A stretch of 64,000 nucleotides of DNA from Chiloscyllium plagiosum. Lineage: Eukaryota. The DNA lies in contig NC_057749.1 in the NCBI RefSeq assembly GCF_004010195.1, forward strand, positions 25,534,669 through 25,598,668, written 5' to 3'. Shown in pieces: positions 38,819 to 51,194 of this stretch; positions within the stretch are counted from its first letter, which is position 1, and the number at the start of each line of letters is the position of its first letter. A program made the position numbers and the translations under genes. The notes under the pieces are model-generated. The model saw only the letters and a program-made list of their open reading frames with translations. It had not been told where the DNA came from and searched no databases.

Positions 38819-41800
38819 CTGTTCTTTCAAGTCTTTGTATTAAATTAAATATCATTTGAAGGGTGTGGTCAGTGTTCAAATTTTGAGACAAATATCACAT
38901 TAGCACTGATGTGACTTTGTTTCCCTAATTTGTTTCCACAAATGACTGATCTCAAATGTTTGACCTAAGGCTGGCAATTGCATTAACCAGTAGATTCCTT
39001 AATGTCGATCGCCTTGGATCTCAACATACGTAACCTACTGAGAAATAATTAGTTTTCCCAAAGTGCACTTGTGAAATTTGAATAAGTGTATTAAAAAATG
39101 TCTTCACGGTGCAACTAAATTCAACTTGTCTCCATACAGTATTTTTTTCAACAGAGTTGTGATACTCTTAATATTCACAACAAGGTAAAGTCACTGTAGT
39201 CCCACTCTCTCATTGAGAAAGAGGATTGCTGCTGGTTTAACCGGGGGACACCACACTAGTATGGGAATTGAACCTATGCTGTTGATATTACTTTGTATCA
39301 TAAACCAGCTGTCCAGCCAACTAAGCTAATCAATGTTCTGCATATAATATCCATTCTATATCAAGCATACAATGTGACAGCAAGTTATTTCAAATTGAAA
39401 ACATAATTCTTGACTCACATACTGATGAAAAATCTGTCTCAGTCTTGATTACATTTATTTTTAACAATTTATTTTATGCTTTCTAATTTTATGATGATGT
39501 TATATTTTGGGTAGGATGGTCTTCGGAGGATTGGTGCAGACTTGATGGGCTGAATGGACTCTTTCTACACTGTAGGGATTCTATGGACAGAACTTAATGC
39601 AAAATTAACATAACTTCCTTCTATGTGACGCACTTGGAGACCAGTGATTACAATCAAATGGGTAGGTTCATTAAATATCCCTTCTTTAGCTATGCTTAGG
39701 AAGGATTCATTACCATAGCTAGGGAAAGTGGAAAGCAGACTGGGAATGTTTGACCCCATCCTACTGGCACATTAGTACATTGGACCTTTGCCCAGGGAGC
39801 TATGGATACAACTTGGCCCTCAATCCTAGGGAATTCTTAGCGAACCTAGAAGCATTGAGGACTAGCAGACCAGAGGACTGGAATAGGACTTTGTTTCTGA
39901 ATCTATGGATCCAGGAAAGATATTTTTCCAGGTGGCAACATTGATTGCCTGAGATGTCAACTTTTAAAAATTCAATCAAGGGATGTAGTTGTCTCTGGCT
40001 AGGCCAACATATATTGTCCATTCCTAATTGCCCAAAGGGCAGTTGAAAGTCAACCACATTGCTGTGGGTCTGGAGTCACATGTAGGCCAGATCATGTAAG
40101 GATTCCCTCCCTGAAGGACATTAATGAACCAGATGGGTTTTTCCAACAATCAACACCAGTTACATGGTCATCGTCATTAAACTCCAACTTCCACATTAAA
40201 TGAACTAAGTTTCTCCAGCACATTACCAGGGTCTCTGGATTAATAGTACCGGATGCCATTGTCTCTTGTTTATCTTGCTGGAGTTGAACTAATTTGTGCA
40301 ATTGATACATTCTTAAGAAGGTCAGCCTTTATCAAATGGTTATGTTTAAAATGTCACCTTTAATTCAAAGTAAAATCAAGTAGCAGCTCATTCTAAATCT
40401 GTCTGGCTTTGACCACTAGGACGGGGGCCCAGCTCAAAACATATTGAAAGTAAAGTGGAGGTTTTCACAGACTAACACAAGGGAGAGGGAAGCTGACCTT
40501 GGCTCACATGAACCCACACACTCTCGGAGTCAACCAGACAAAAATATGTGGTGAAGAAGACCCACAACAGATGCTGCTACACCAAGGACACAAAGAAAAA
40601 GGGCTATTTTCACATTAACAACCAAGGAGAATGCTATTGAGGTCAGGCCAGCAGTTCATGGGTGTGAAACTTGAGACTAAAAGGACAAGGAATCATCTGA
40701 GGGTACCTTGTTCCTGGGAATCCATTCACATATTTTTAGAAGATTGAATAAATGGGCTTTTTCTTAAAGGACACTGGGAGATTCACCTTGGTGAGACAGA
40801 GTGTTAATGCTAAATCCAGGAAGTGTTTGGAACTTTAATGGGGAATCCCTTTTCTGTTTAGACAATGTGGATTTTAGTTGCAGTCCCACAAGACCTCTAC
40901 CATCCAATGCCACTTATGGTTTTCTATATACATTAGCTCATATGACATATACCACAGATAGTCAGATTCTGTTGAGTTAGATATCTTGAAGTTTATTTAC
41001 AATAATAACTAGTTACAAGGCTAAACATCACACTCATTGTCTGGGTCTGTCCTTATCGATGTCATTGTACATTACACCTTGACATATAATCAACTGACTA
41101 CATTGATGAAGGGATTATGTCAACTCTCCTGCTCCTCGGATGCTGCCTGACCTGCTGTGCTTTTCCAGCACCACATTTTTCAAATCTGATCTCCAGCAGC
41201 TGCAGTCCTCACTTTCTCCTGACTACACTGACCCCTTTACACAACATAACATGTATGTCAAATGTCATGTAACTGTCTTAAAAGGTGTAGGTCTGTGAGG
41301 CCTGGAATCTGTGCTGTAATATTACACAAGCCTCTACACCTTCTGCTTCAGAATTCATTTTAAAATCTACCCTACTTTGAAAGATTCTCATCTTTTCTAA
41401 GATGCCCCTTAAAGCCCAATTCTTAAACATTTTCTATGACTCAATGTCATTTTCTTTCACCTGATTGCATTTCTGTGAGACACTTTTTGAATTTTTATCA
41501 TTCTAAACACTCCTTGTAAATTGTTCAAGGTACAATATAAACCACCTTCATAAACTGAGAGTGGAACGCATACACAAATGATTATGCTAGCTGAACAATT
41601 CTGCTCAGATTTGGGATATCATGTTTTTAGTTTACTAGTACCTTGATGCAATGGCTTAAGATGAAGCTGAGATAATTACGGTAATCTACAAATTTAATTA
41701 TTATGCGGTGCATCACACCTACATCATTCGAAAATCACATCTATAACTAATCCTATCGTGTAAAGGTTACCAAAGAGATCTGAGTAAGCTGCTTTTACAT

Positions 41801-42359
41801 CGAAATGTTGGCTAACTTCAGTGAAGGGTGTGAGTGACAGAGGAGTAAGTCAGTCAGATCTGGCAGAACTAGTTCTGAACGCAGACTGATTCACCTCACA
41901 GATATGCTTCATTTTCTGACCAACTATCACAAAATGAATTTAGTTTTAATTTTGCTCTTGGGCAATTTGCTACAAATTGATGAACAATTCTGACAAATCC
42001 ACTTCTGGCAAGTCGCTCCCACCTCACATTCTTCACATTGCATTTTATGGTATCATAGAATTTGTAGTACAGAGGAGGCCATTTGACCCAATTGTGTCTG
42101 TACTGTCTCCCGAAAGACCTACCCAGCCAATCCCATTCTCCAGCGCTCTATCTCTTTCAAATACATATCCAGACCTCTTTTAAAACCTCCCAGGGAGTCT
42201 ATTTGTGTCAATGTTTTGTCCATGTGCTAAATTGACCTGGTCTTCACATTCTGTTCAAAGTTAATCACTTGGGAGAACATTAATTAGACGAATTAATCAG
42301 TATTGGACTTTGAGAGTCTTGTTTTCAATCTTTCCACCTCGCACTTCCTGTCATGGAGA

Positions 42360-42580
42360 TCTATCACAGAATCCATGTTAAGGAGGTACCCTTCAGTTGC
42401 TCAGTCTCAGAGTGTCTGAGCTTGAGAGGCAGCTGAATATACACGTGGCTGAAAGTTTCCTGGATATCAAATCCCAACTAGGTGGTGCTCTGACAGTAAC
42501 AGGGGGACAGAGGAGGAAGCAAGTGAGAACCCATTATGTAACTTCAAGAGTGACGCACTGACAAATCCATTTTTAGTACA
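42360..42580 (+). mobile_element. Degenerate CR1 ORF1 (leucine-zipper region) remnant
   Basis: 42391 onward translates LQLLSLRVSELERQL..AESFLD, resembling CR1 ORF1 N-terminus from memory. Confidence 0.45.
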
Positions 42581-44082
42581 TGTTGGTAAACCTAACACCC
42601 AAAGATCTTTTCAGAAGCAAACCTGTAGACATACTTAATCCATGCAATTTGAAAAATAACTTCACTCTTGTGTCCATTTGAGTTAAGCCAAGTTTTTCCC
42701 CACTGAGCATGGTTCATATGTGGAATAGAACTGCCAGAGGAAGTGGTAGATGCAGGTACAGTTATAACATATAAAAGACAGGTACATCAATAGGAAAGGT
42801 TTAGAGAGGTATGTGCTGAAAGCAGACAAATGGGACTAGTTAAAAATCACACAACATCAGGTTAGAGTCCAACAGGTTTATTTGGAACCACTAGCTTTTG
42901 GAGCGCTGCTCCTTCATCAGGTGGTTGTGGAGGGTAAGATCATAAGACACAGAATTTATAGCAAATGATTACAATGTCATGCAACTGAAATGATATATTA
43001 AACAAACCTCCACCTAGTTTAGTTTGAGAGATCTGGTCAGCATGGACGGGTTGGAACGAAGGGTCAAGATCAGAGTGGTGCTGGAAAAGCACAGCAGATC
43101 AGGCAGCATCCGAGGAGCAGGGAAACCGACATTTTGGGCAGGAGCCCTTCGTCAGGACCGAAGGGCCTGCTTCCATGCTACATGACGCTATGGCCAGACT
43201 CACCGTGTCTAAAGGTCTTTTCAAGCTGAACTAAATTGTTTTCCAAACGGCCCAATGAATTTGGAAGGACTGTAGTGGACCCAAAAGTCCAAAATATCCT
43301 TTATCTGAAAACGGGTTGTTCCTGAGGTTTCTCGACAAAGGATTCCTGACCTGCACTGACTACAGCTGAGAGTGACAACGTATCAGAGGACAAGAGTTGC
43401 TATCTAAAGCAAATTCATAGCAACATGGGGCAACCAAATTCACAGCAAGAACTGAGAAAAGGCAAGTGGTGACTAAATACTGGATCAACGTGTCTTGTAT
43501 GCTTGCAAGCAAAGGTCCAATATGATTAGTTTGTTTTTTTCCCCCCAAGTATTGCAGTCTTTTCTTTCAAACAGGGTTTTCCCCTCTGTTGGATTGACAA
43601 GTACAAGTTTAGCATGATGTGCTGTTCCCCTGGTTTCAGGGAAAGGACATGGTTGAACAGGTGTAGAACATTCTGCAGCAGAATTGCTGGCCAAAGTTAT
43701 GTTTGTTTAAATTTCAAGCACGAAAGATAAATTAAAGAGCGGACACTCAGAGGACTGTAAAATCTGTCCATTCCAAAGATGTGCAAGTTGGCCATGCTAA
43801 ATTACCCCATAGTGTCCGGTGTTGTGTGCATTAGGTGGATTGGCCATGGGAAGTGCAGGGCTATAGGGCTAGGGTAGGGGGTGGGTCTGGGTGGGATGAT
43901 CCTCGAAGAGTCAGTGCAAACTTGATGGGCTGAATGGCCTGTTTCCACACTGTAGGGATTCTATGATTTTATTCTAGATTCCAAGCTATTCCCCAAAGCT
44001 AGTGAGCATGGGTATGATTACATTGGTGTACGCAAGTTTAGGGGAATGGAGACATCAGGGAGGATCCTAGGGCACTGGGAGG

Positions 44083-44357
44083 AGGCATGGTGCTCAGTGA
44101 TTAGCACTGATGCCTCACAGCGCCAGGTTCATGGACCCAAGTTCAATGCCAGCCCTGGGTAATTGTCTGTGTGGAGTTTGCACATTCTCCCTGCATCTGC
44201 GTGGGTTTCCTCGAACAATCTAAAGAGGTGCAGGTCAGGCGAATTGCCCATGGTGTTAGGTGCATTAGTCAGAGGGTGGGTTACTCTTCAGAGGGTCGAT
44301 GTGGACATGTTGGGCCAAAGGGCATGTTACCACACTGTAGGGAACTCTAATCTAATC
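44083..44357 (+). mobile_element. HE1-like V-SINE
   Basis: Same consensus with internal deletions. Confidence 0.8.
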
Positions 44358-44774
44358 ACATCTCATTGCAGCCAGGATCAATGGTCTTTCAGGGAGGTAA
44401 GTAGGTTTGAGGGATTAATGTAACTTGGAAAAGGAAATGCACCAGGATGGCACATTTGAGGCAAACATTAAGTTACTAAAATATTAACTTGTGCCAGTGT
44501 AGAAAGTGGCCTTTTGGACATATCAGCATGCAAGTGAACACATGGATTTGGATCGGGAGTAGACCATTAACCTCACCCCCCCCCGTCTTGCTCCTCCACT
44601 CAATCAGTGGTGATCTGACTGTAACCGCAAATCCACATTCCCATCTTCTCCCCAATAACTTTTCATCCTAAACAAGAATCTATCCCTCCTTATCATTAAA
44701 ATATTAAAGGACATCACTTCCACTACCTTCTCAGGAAGAGAATTCCAAAGATCAATGACCTTCTGAGTTCGAGT

Positions 44775-45245
44775 CATAGAGCTGTACAGAACGGAAACAG
44801 ACTCTCCGGTCCAACTCGTCCATGCCGACCAAAATTCCTAAACTAATCTAGTCTCATTTGCCAGCATTTGGCCCGTATCCCTCTAAACCCTATCTATTCA
44901 TATACCCATCCAGATGCTTTTTGAATGCCATAATTGTACCAGCCTCCACCACTTCCTCTGGCAGCTCATTCCACACACGCACCACCCTCTGCGTGAAAAG
45001 GTTGCCCCTTAGGTCCCTTTTAAATTGTTCCCCTCTCACCCTAAACCTATGCCTTCTAGTTTGGACTCCCCTTCCCTTGGGGAAAAGAGCTTGACTATTT
45101 ACCCTATCCATGCCCCTCATGATTTTGTAAACCTCTATAAAGTCACCCCTCAGTCTCCGACACTCCAGGGAAAATAGTCCCAGCCTACTCAGCCTCTCCC
45201 TGTAGCTCAAACCCTCTAACCCTGGAAACATCCTTGTAAATCCTT
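44775..45245 (-). mobile_element. CR1/HER1-type LINE 3' fragment
   Basis: ORF 44890..45231 RLGLFSLECRRLRGDFIEVYKIM...VWNELPEEVV. Confidence 0.92.
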
Positions 45246-45494
45246 CCTGTTTTAAATGGAGCGCTCTGATTTTTAATTGTCGACTTGCATCGAACAGGAA
45301 ATGTCCTCTCCATATCCACCCTTGTCAGGATCCTCAGGATCTTATGTTTCAATCAAGTCACCTCTGACACTGCTAAACTCCAGTGCATGTCCAGCCCGTC
45401 TTCATAATACAACACCGCGATTCCAGGCATTAGTCTGGTAAACCTACATTCAACTGCCTCCAATCTAGGTACAGTTTTATTTCAATGAGGTGAG

Positions 45495-46141
45495 TGTAGT
45501 GATTGGGACCAAGTTGTCCTTATTAACTATGAGATTCTTGATTGCAGTTATCAATCTGGGTCAGTCAGGAAAGTCTTGGCTGACAATATAACCAGGACAT
45601 CCCCTTGATGAGAAGGGCACTGCTTGTCACGGCCACTCTGGTGTTTCTTTTCTTCCTGGTGGCGGTGAAATCGAGATAAAGATTCACGTACTTGTTGTGC
45701 TCCGGTGTCCTACATCTGCACACACACACGACATGGGTGCTGGGGAAAACATAAGCACTACTGCTGCCAGGCGATAGTTGGTGGGGTGGGGGGAAAGAAG
45801 AAGAAAAAAATATAACCAGGAGATTTAGAATATATAAAAATAAAACCAGGACATCACCAACCTGAAGAGACTGGGAGCCCCTGAGAAAGGCAGTGGGGGG
45901 TGGAAGTACCTGTTTGACAGGCTCACCTTGAGCTGAGTGGAGTCATAGAACCATTTTGGTACTGTACACAGCAGAATTGATTTCTGTGGAATGCATTGAT
46001 GTATGTGGAAATAAAATATTCACTGATAAAAATATAACCAGGATATCTGAATGTCCTCAGTTGTGGATTGACTCCGAACCGGCTGGCCACAGCCAGAATA
46101 CTGTGCACTAGTGAATAAAGGGTCTTTGTATCGTTACTTCA
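45495..46141 (+). mobile_element. LTR-like element carrying stacked insertions at its AATATAACCAGGA site
   Basis: tgtagtgattg...gaataaag...ttca ends; interrupts a CR1 remnant; related to 47094-47635. Confidence 0.65.
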
Positions 46142-47093
46142 GTCACCAATACTGTGCACTCCAAATGTGGTCTCACCAGTGCAGCGTATAACTGAAGTAT
46201 AATTTCCCTATTTTTGTATTCAAACCCTCTCACTGTAAATCTTAATATTCTAGTAGATTTTCAAATTATTCATTGCACCACACACACTAAACTTTTGAGA
46301 TTCATGTACAAGGATATCCAGATTCCTCGGACTCTAGCTCAGAGCGCTGCAATCTCTCACCATTTCGATAACATGTTTTGTTTCCATTCTTCCTGTCAAA
46401 GTCAACTACTTCACACTTTCCCACATTGTACTTCATTTGCCACATCTTTGCCCACTCAATCTATCCATATCCAACTATCCGCATCAAAATTTACTTTCCT
46501 ATCTTTGTGCTACCAGCAAATTGGCAATTGTAGCACATAACCCTTCATGCAAGCCCTTTGTGTAAGTTGTACACAGTTGAGGTCCCAGCACGGATTTCTA
46601 TGCCACTGCACTGGTAACATAATGCCAACCTTTAAACATCCTTTTGTACCTTCTCTGCTTCATTATCAGACAACCAATCTCCTATGTCACGAGTACATAT
46701 TTTCCACAATAACGTTTGACGTGACACCTTATCAAATGTTTTCTGAAAAATGTAAGTACGCCAGTTCCCTTTTATCCACAATACCCGTTGCCTCAAAGGT
46801 TTTTTTGCCTAGAATCCCTAGGGTGTGGAAAGAGGCCATTCAGTCGGTATCAACACTCCAAAGAACAGACCAGCCAGACCCAGCTCCCCACCCTATCCCC
46901 ATATTTCCCATCTAACCTAATTTAGATTTCATCTAACCTGCACACTACAGGGTACAAAACGTGGGCTATGGTCCAGCATGTGCCACCAGAATCCGAGGTG
47001 GAGTCTGAGGAACCAGACCCAGTGCAAAAAACATTCCAGCAAAGGCTGCAAGATAAAGAGCAAACCTACATTCCCAGACTGTTGGGTTTGTGA

Positions 47094-47635
47094 TGGCAGT
47101 GATTGCAAAGAGGTCAGCCAAAATATGAATTCCCTGACTGGGGCTGATAACCTGGTCCAATCAGGGAAGCCCAAGCTGACAGATAGAACCAGAAGGGTTT
47201 TCACGGTGTCTCAACTTGCGCACACGCACATGGGTGCAAAGCAAAACACAAACAAAGAACAGGAGTGTCAGAGGGTCTGTTCACTGAGAACTGGAATCCG
47301 TGTGGAGTGAAGGGAAATAAAAGAAAAAACCAGAAGTGTTCACTGTTTGTCACCGGCCATTTGGATATTCCCTTTCTTCCTGGTGGTGGAAATTGAATAA
47401 AGATTTGTACACCTTATGTCTCTCACTGTCTCACACCCACATCATGGGTGCTGGCAAAAATATAAGCACTACAGCTGTTAGGTGGCAGTATGGGGGCAAT
47501 TAAAAAAAACCCAGAAGTGTTAGAGGTTCTGTTCACTCGGAGCTTGCTCGGAGGAAGCCAACCAGTGTCAAGCACTATACATGTAAATAAAGTGCGATTT
47601 GGTGACAGAATACCAGGTTTTGTGGAGTTATTTCA
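47094..47635 (+). mobile_element. Related LTR-like element with stacked insertions at the equivalent site
   Basis: gcagtgattg...ccaatcaggga...gctgac...aataaag...ttatttca. Confidence 0.65.
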
Positions 47636-48214
47636 TTGTTTTTTTTCCTTCCAGTTCTCCATTATTTCCCTAGTGATGCCCATAATCTCATGAATGAATA
47701 AAGTCTCGTGCCCTATTGGGCATGTGTTCACTTTGGTCTCTGTTCCTTTTCATGTAATTACAGAAGCTCTTACTATTCTTTTTAAATATTACTTGGTAGC
47801 TTATCAAAGTTGACATTCTCCCTCTATGAGAATTCATTCATTTATTGATTTTCAATGTTTCCTAATTCTGTTTTATCACTTATCTTTGCCACATTATTCA
47901 TTTTCCTTTCAACTGGACACTAGGGTTGGTTAATCAGTTGGTTTATTCCCTTCCTTAGAGATATTTGCTGTGAACTATGAACTATTTTCTTCAATGTCTG
48001 CCACAGTCCATTAACAGAAATGATTAAACTCCACTCCACACTTATCCCAGTGTAACTACCCTTGCTTAAATTTAGCAAAGTTGCTTCTGACCCAATCTCC
48101 CTCAAACTGAATGGTAAATTCTACCATATTATGACCACTATTTCCTAGTGTTTTACTTTTAAAGTGAATCTATTTCACAGCATATTACCAGAGCCAAAAT
48201 AGCCCAATCCCTAT

Positions 48215-48505
48215 GGGGTGGCAGTGGTTTGCACGGCTACCTCAATGCCGGGGACCTGGGGTTGATTCCAACCTTGCGCAACTATGTGGAGTTTGCACAT
48301 TTTGTCCACATGGGTCCCCTCTGGGTGCTCTGGTTTCTTCCCACAGTCCAAAGATGTGCAGGTCAGGTGAACTGGCTATGCTAAATTAGCCAGTGTTAGG
48401 TACATTAGTCAGAGGGAAATGTGTTTGAGTGGGTTACTCTTTGGAGGGTTGGTGTGGACTTGCTGGGGTGAAGGGCCTGTTTCCACATGTAGGGAATCTA
48501 ATCTA
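48215..48505 (+). mobile_element. HE1-like V-SINE
   Basis: Same consensus. Confidence 0.85.
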
Positions 48506-50220
48506 TTTAGACCCATAGCATAATTTTCTAGGAACCTGCCCTGAATACACCCTATGAATTCTTCCTAATGGCTACCTCTGCCATTTTGATTTTCCACATC
48601 TACATAAAAGACTAAAGTCACCCATGATAATGTACTCTTGTATGGGCCCTCATTCTGTCCTACCCTACTGATTTACCAAACCTTTCCAGCTTTGATCCAT
48701 TCTCCTCACTTTTATTTAAAATTCTCCTTAAGTACCTAGTTTTACAGTTGGCTGATTAAGCATCTATGGCAGAGCCAGCACAAAGGGCTGTATGACCTAA
48801 CCTACTCCTATTTTATGTTCAGCTCTCCAGTTGTGGTCTAACCATAATGATCAATCCTCTAAACTAGCTTATTTCAGTGCCCTACACTGCCACCTCAATA
48901 ACCAGTACCTGGCCCAAGTTGTAGATGTTTCCCATGAGGAAATGGATCCCCTGCCTGATAAAAGGAAATTACTTTTTAAACTCCTACAAAGGCTTAAATC
49001 CTACACAGACCCATACTAATGAAGGTCTCACAAGACTTAAGGTGGGATGAGATTCAGGATTCAGCTGATGGATGTTACACAGAAGGCAGCCTCAGTCAAA
49101 GCAAACCTTGTTTGGCAAACAAATTCTTCAGAACATGCTAAATTAAGCAGCTTGTTGCAGGACTGGTAACTTGGGGTGCAGTCAATTAGCACATCACAAT
49201 CAGTAACTAGATTAAGCAGAATTTTGTTATAAAAACGTTCAAGATGAGTGGTAAATTGGTCTGATTTATGCTTTCCTACAGGAAGGCATCCAAACAAGAG
49301 ACTTTAACTGTTGGTCAACCTTTAGTCAGAGAGTGAAGTGAAAGTGTTAAAGAAGCCCATTGGATGTAGGCATCACTGGCAAGGTCAGCAACTTTGATAG
49401 CAAATTTGTTTTTTGTATGAGTCAGATATGTACAGCACAAAGTTTTTGGACTACAGCATGTCAGGCAGTAGCCATGGAGAGAACACATGCTAACATTTAG
49501 AGCAGACATGACTTACAGCTGAGGAGTCAGTCTTGAAACATTAGCTTATGCGCTCTCCTTAAATGCTGTCTGACCTGCTGTGATCTCCAGCATCTGCAGT
49601 AATTTGCTCCCAATTATCCACCCTAGTTACAAATCCACTACATCAACTCAGATGACCTGAAGATGCAAAGCATCATGCCGGAAGAGATACAGCAGGCCAG
49701 GCAGCATCGGAGGAGAGCTGACATTTCAGGTTAAACCATTCATTAGAACTCTGGGGATGGGGTGGATTGGAAAAAGGGAGCTGAGAAATAGGGGCTAGGT
49801 GGTAACATACACAACACCCTCTGCATGAAAAAGTTGCCCCTCATGTCTCATCTTTGCCCTCCCCCTAAATCTATTCCCTCTAGTTCTGGACTCACCCACC
49901 CCAAAAGGAAACTATTTACCCTATCCATGCCCCTCATTTTGTAAACCTCTAAAGATCACCCCTCAGCCTCTGACACTCGAGAAAGACAGCCCCCACTTGT
50001 TCAGCTTCTCCCTGTAGCTCAGATCCTCCAACCCTGGCAACATTCTTGTCAAGTCTTTTCTGAACCCTTTCAAGTTTCACAACATCCTTCCAATAAGGAG
50101 ACCAGAATTCATGCAATATTCCAACAGTGGCCTAACCAATGTCCTGTATGCCCACAACATGACCTCCCAACTCCTGTACTCAATACTGACCAATAAAAGA
50201 AAGCATACCAAATGCCTTCA

Positions 50221-50688
50221 AAGTTTGAGAAGATTTGTAGCTCGGATGCTCGTTGCTGTGGTTCTGTTCGCCGAGCTGGAAGTTTTTGTTGCAAACATTT
50301 CGTCCCCTGTCTAGGTGATATCCCCAGTGCTTGGGAGACTCCTGTGAAGCGCTTTGTGGTGTTTCCTCCGGCATTTATAGTGGCCTGTCCCTGCCACTTC
50401 TGGTTGTCAGTTTCAGCTGTCCGCTGTAGTGGCCGGTATATTGGGTCCAGGTCGATGTGTTTGTTGATGGAGTTTGAGGAGGAGTGCCATCCACAAACAA
50501 TATACCAGCCACTATAGCAGACAGCTGAAACTGACAACTGGAAGCAGCACGGACAGGCCACTATAAATGCCGGAGGAAACACCACAGAAGCGCTTCACAG
50601 GAGGCTCCCAAGCACTGGGGATGTCACCTAGACAGGGGACAAAACGTTTGCAACAAAAACTTCCAGCTCGGCGAACAGAACCACAGCA
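50221..50688. mobile_element. Penelope-like element fragment with inverted terminal arms
   Basis: Arms 50254-50442 / 50499-50688; minus-strand peptide WHSSSNSINKHIDLDPIYRPL resembles a GIY-YIG C-terminus; TSD ccaaatgccttca. Confidence 0.85.
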
Positions 50689-51194
50689 CCAAATGCCTTC
50701 ATGGAGGGAAAGTGATGCATTCGGTGGAAAAAAAAGTGGAGATGCAGCAAGGTAGTCCAGCTAGATGGATTAGTCTTGGTATGCATGTCCAAAACTTGGA
50801 GAAAAATCAGTGGCAGACTACACTAGGTGGACAATGATGCTCAAATGTATGCAAGTCCTTTAACACCACAATGGCTGCATAAACAAGTATTTCACATGTT
50901 GGTATATTGATCAATGAATGGAACACACACTAAAGATGTGCAGGTTAGGTGAATTGGCCCTGCTAAATTGCCCATAGTGTTCAGAGATGTGTAGGTTAGC
51001 TACATTAGTCAGGAGGTACGTCTAGACAAGTAGGGGAATGGGTCTGGATGGGTTACTGTTGAGGTTTGGTGTGGACCTGTTGGGCCTAATGGCCTATTCC
51101 ACACTGTAGAGATTCTATGGAAATGCAGCACCAATCTACTCAAGTGTAGTATTGACAGCAAAAGAACATCTTATAGCAAGAGCAAACTAGATCA

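Noticed and set aside
40970..41246. Small TGTTG...CAACA LTR-like segment
   Set aside because: No matching TSD and no second copy in the window.
45585..46043. CRISPR-like repeat-spacer appearance
   Set aside because: Eukaryotic DNA, 13-bp repeats, irregular A-tailed spacers and no cas genes; better explained as serial TSDs.
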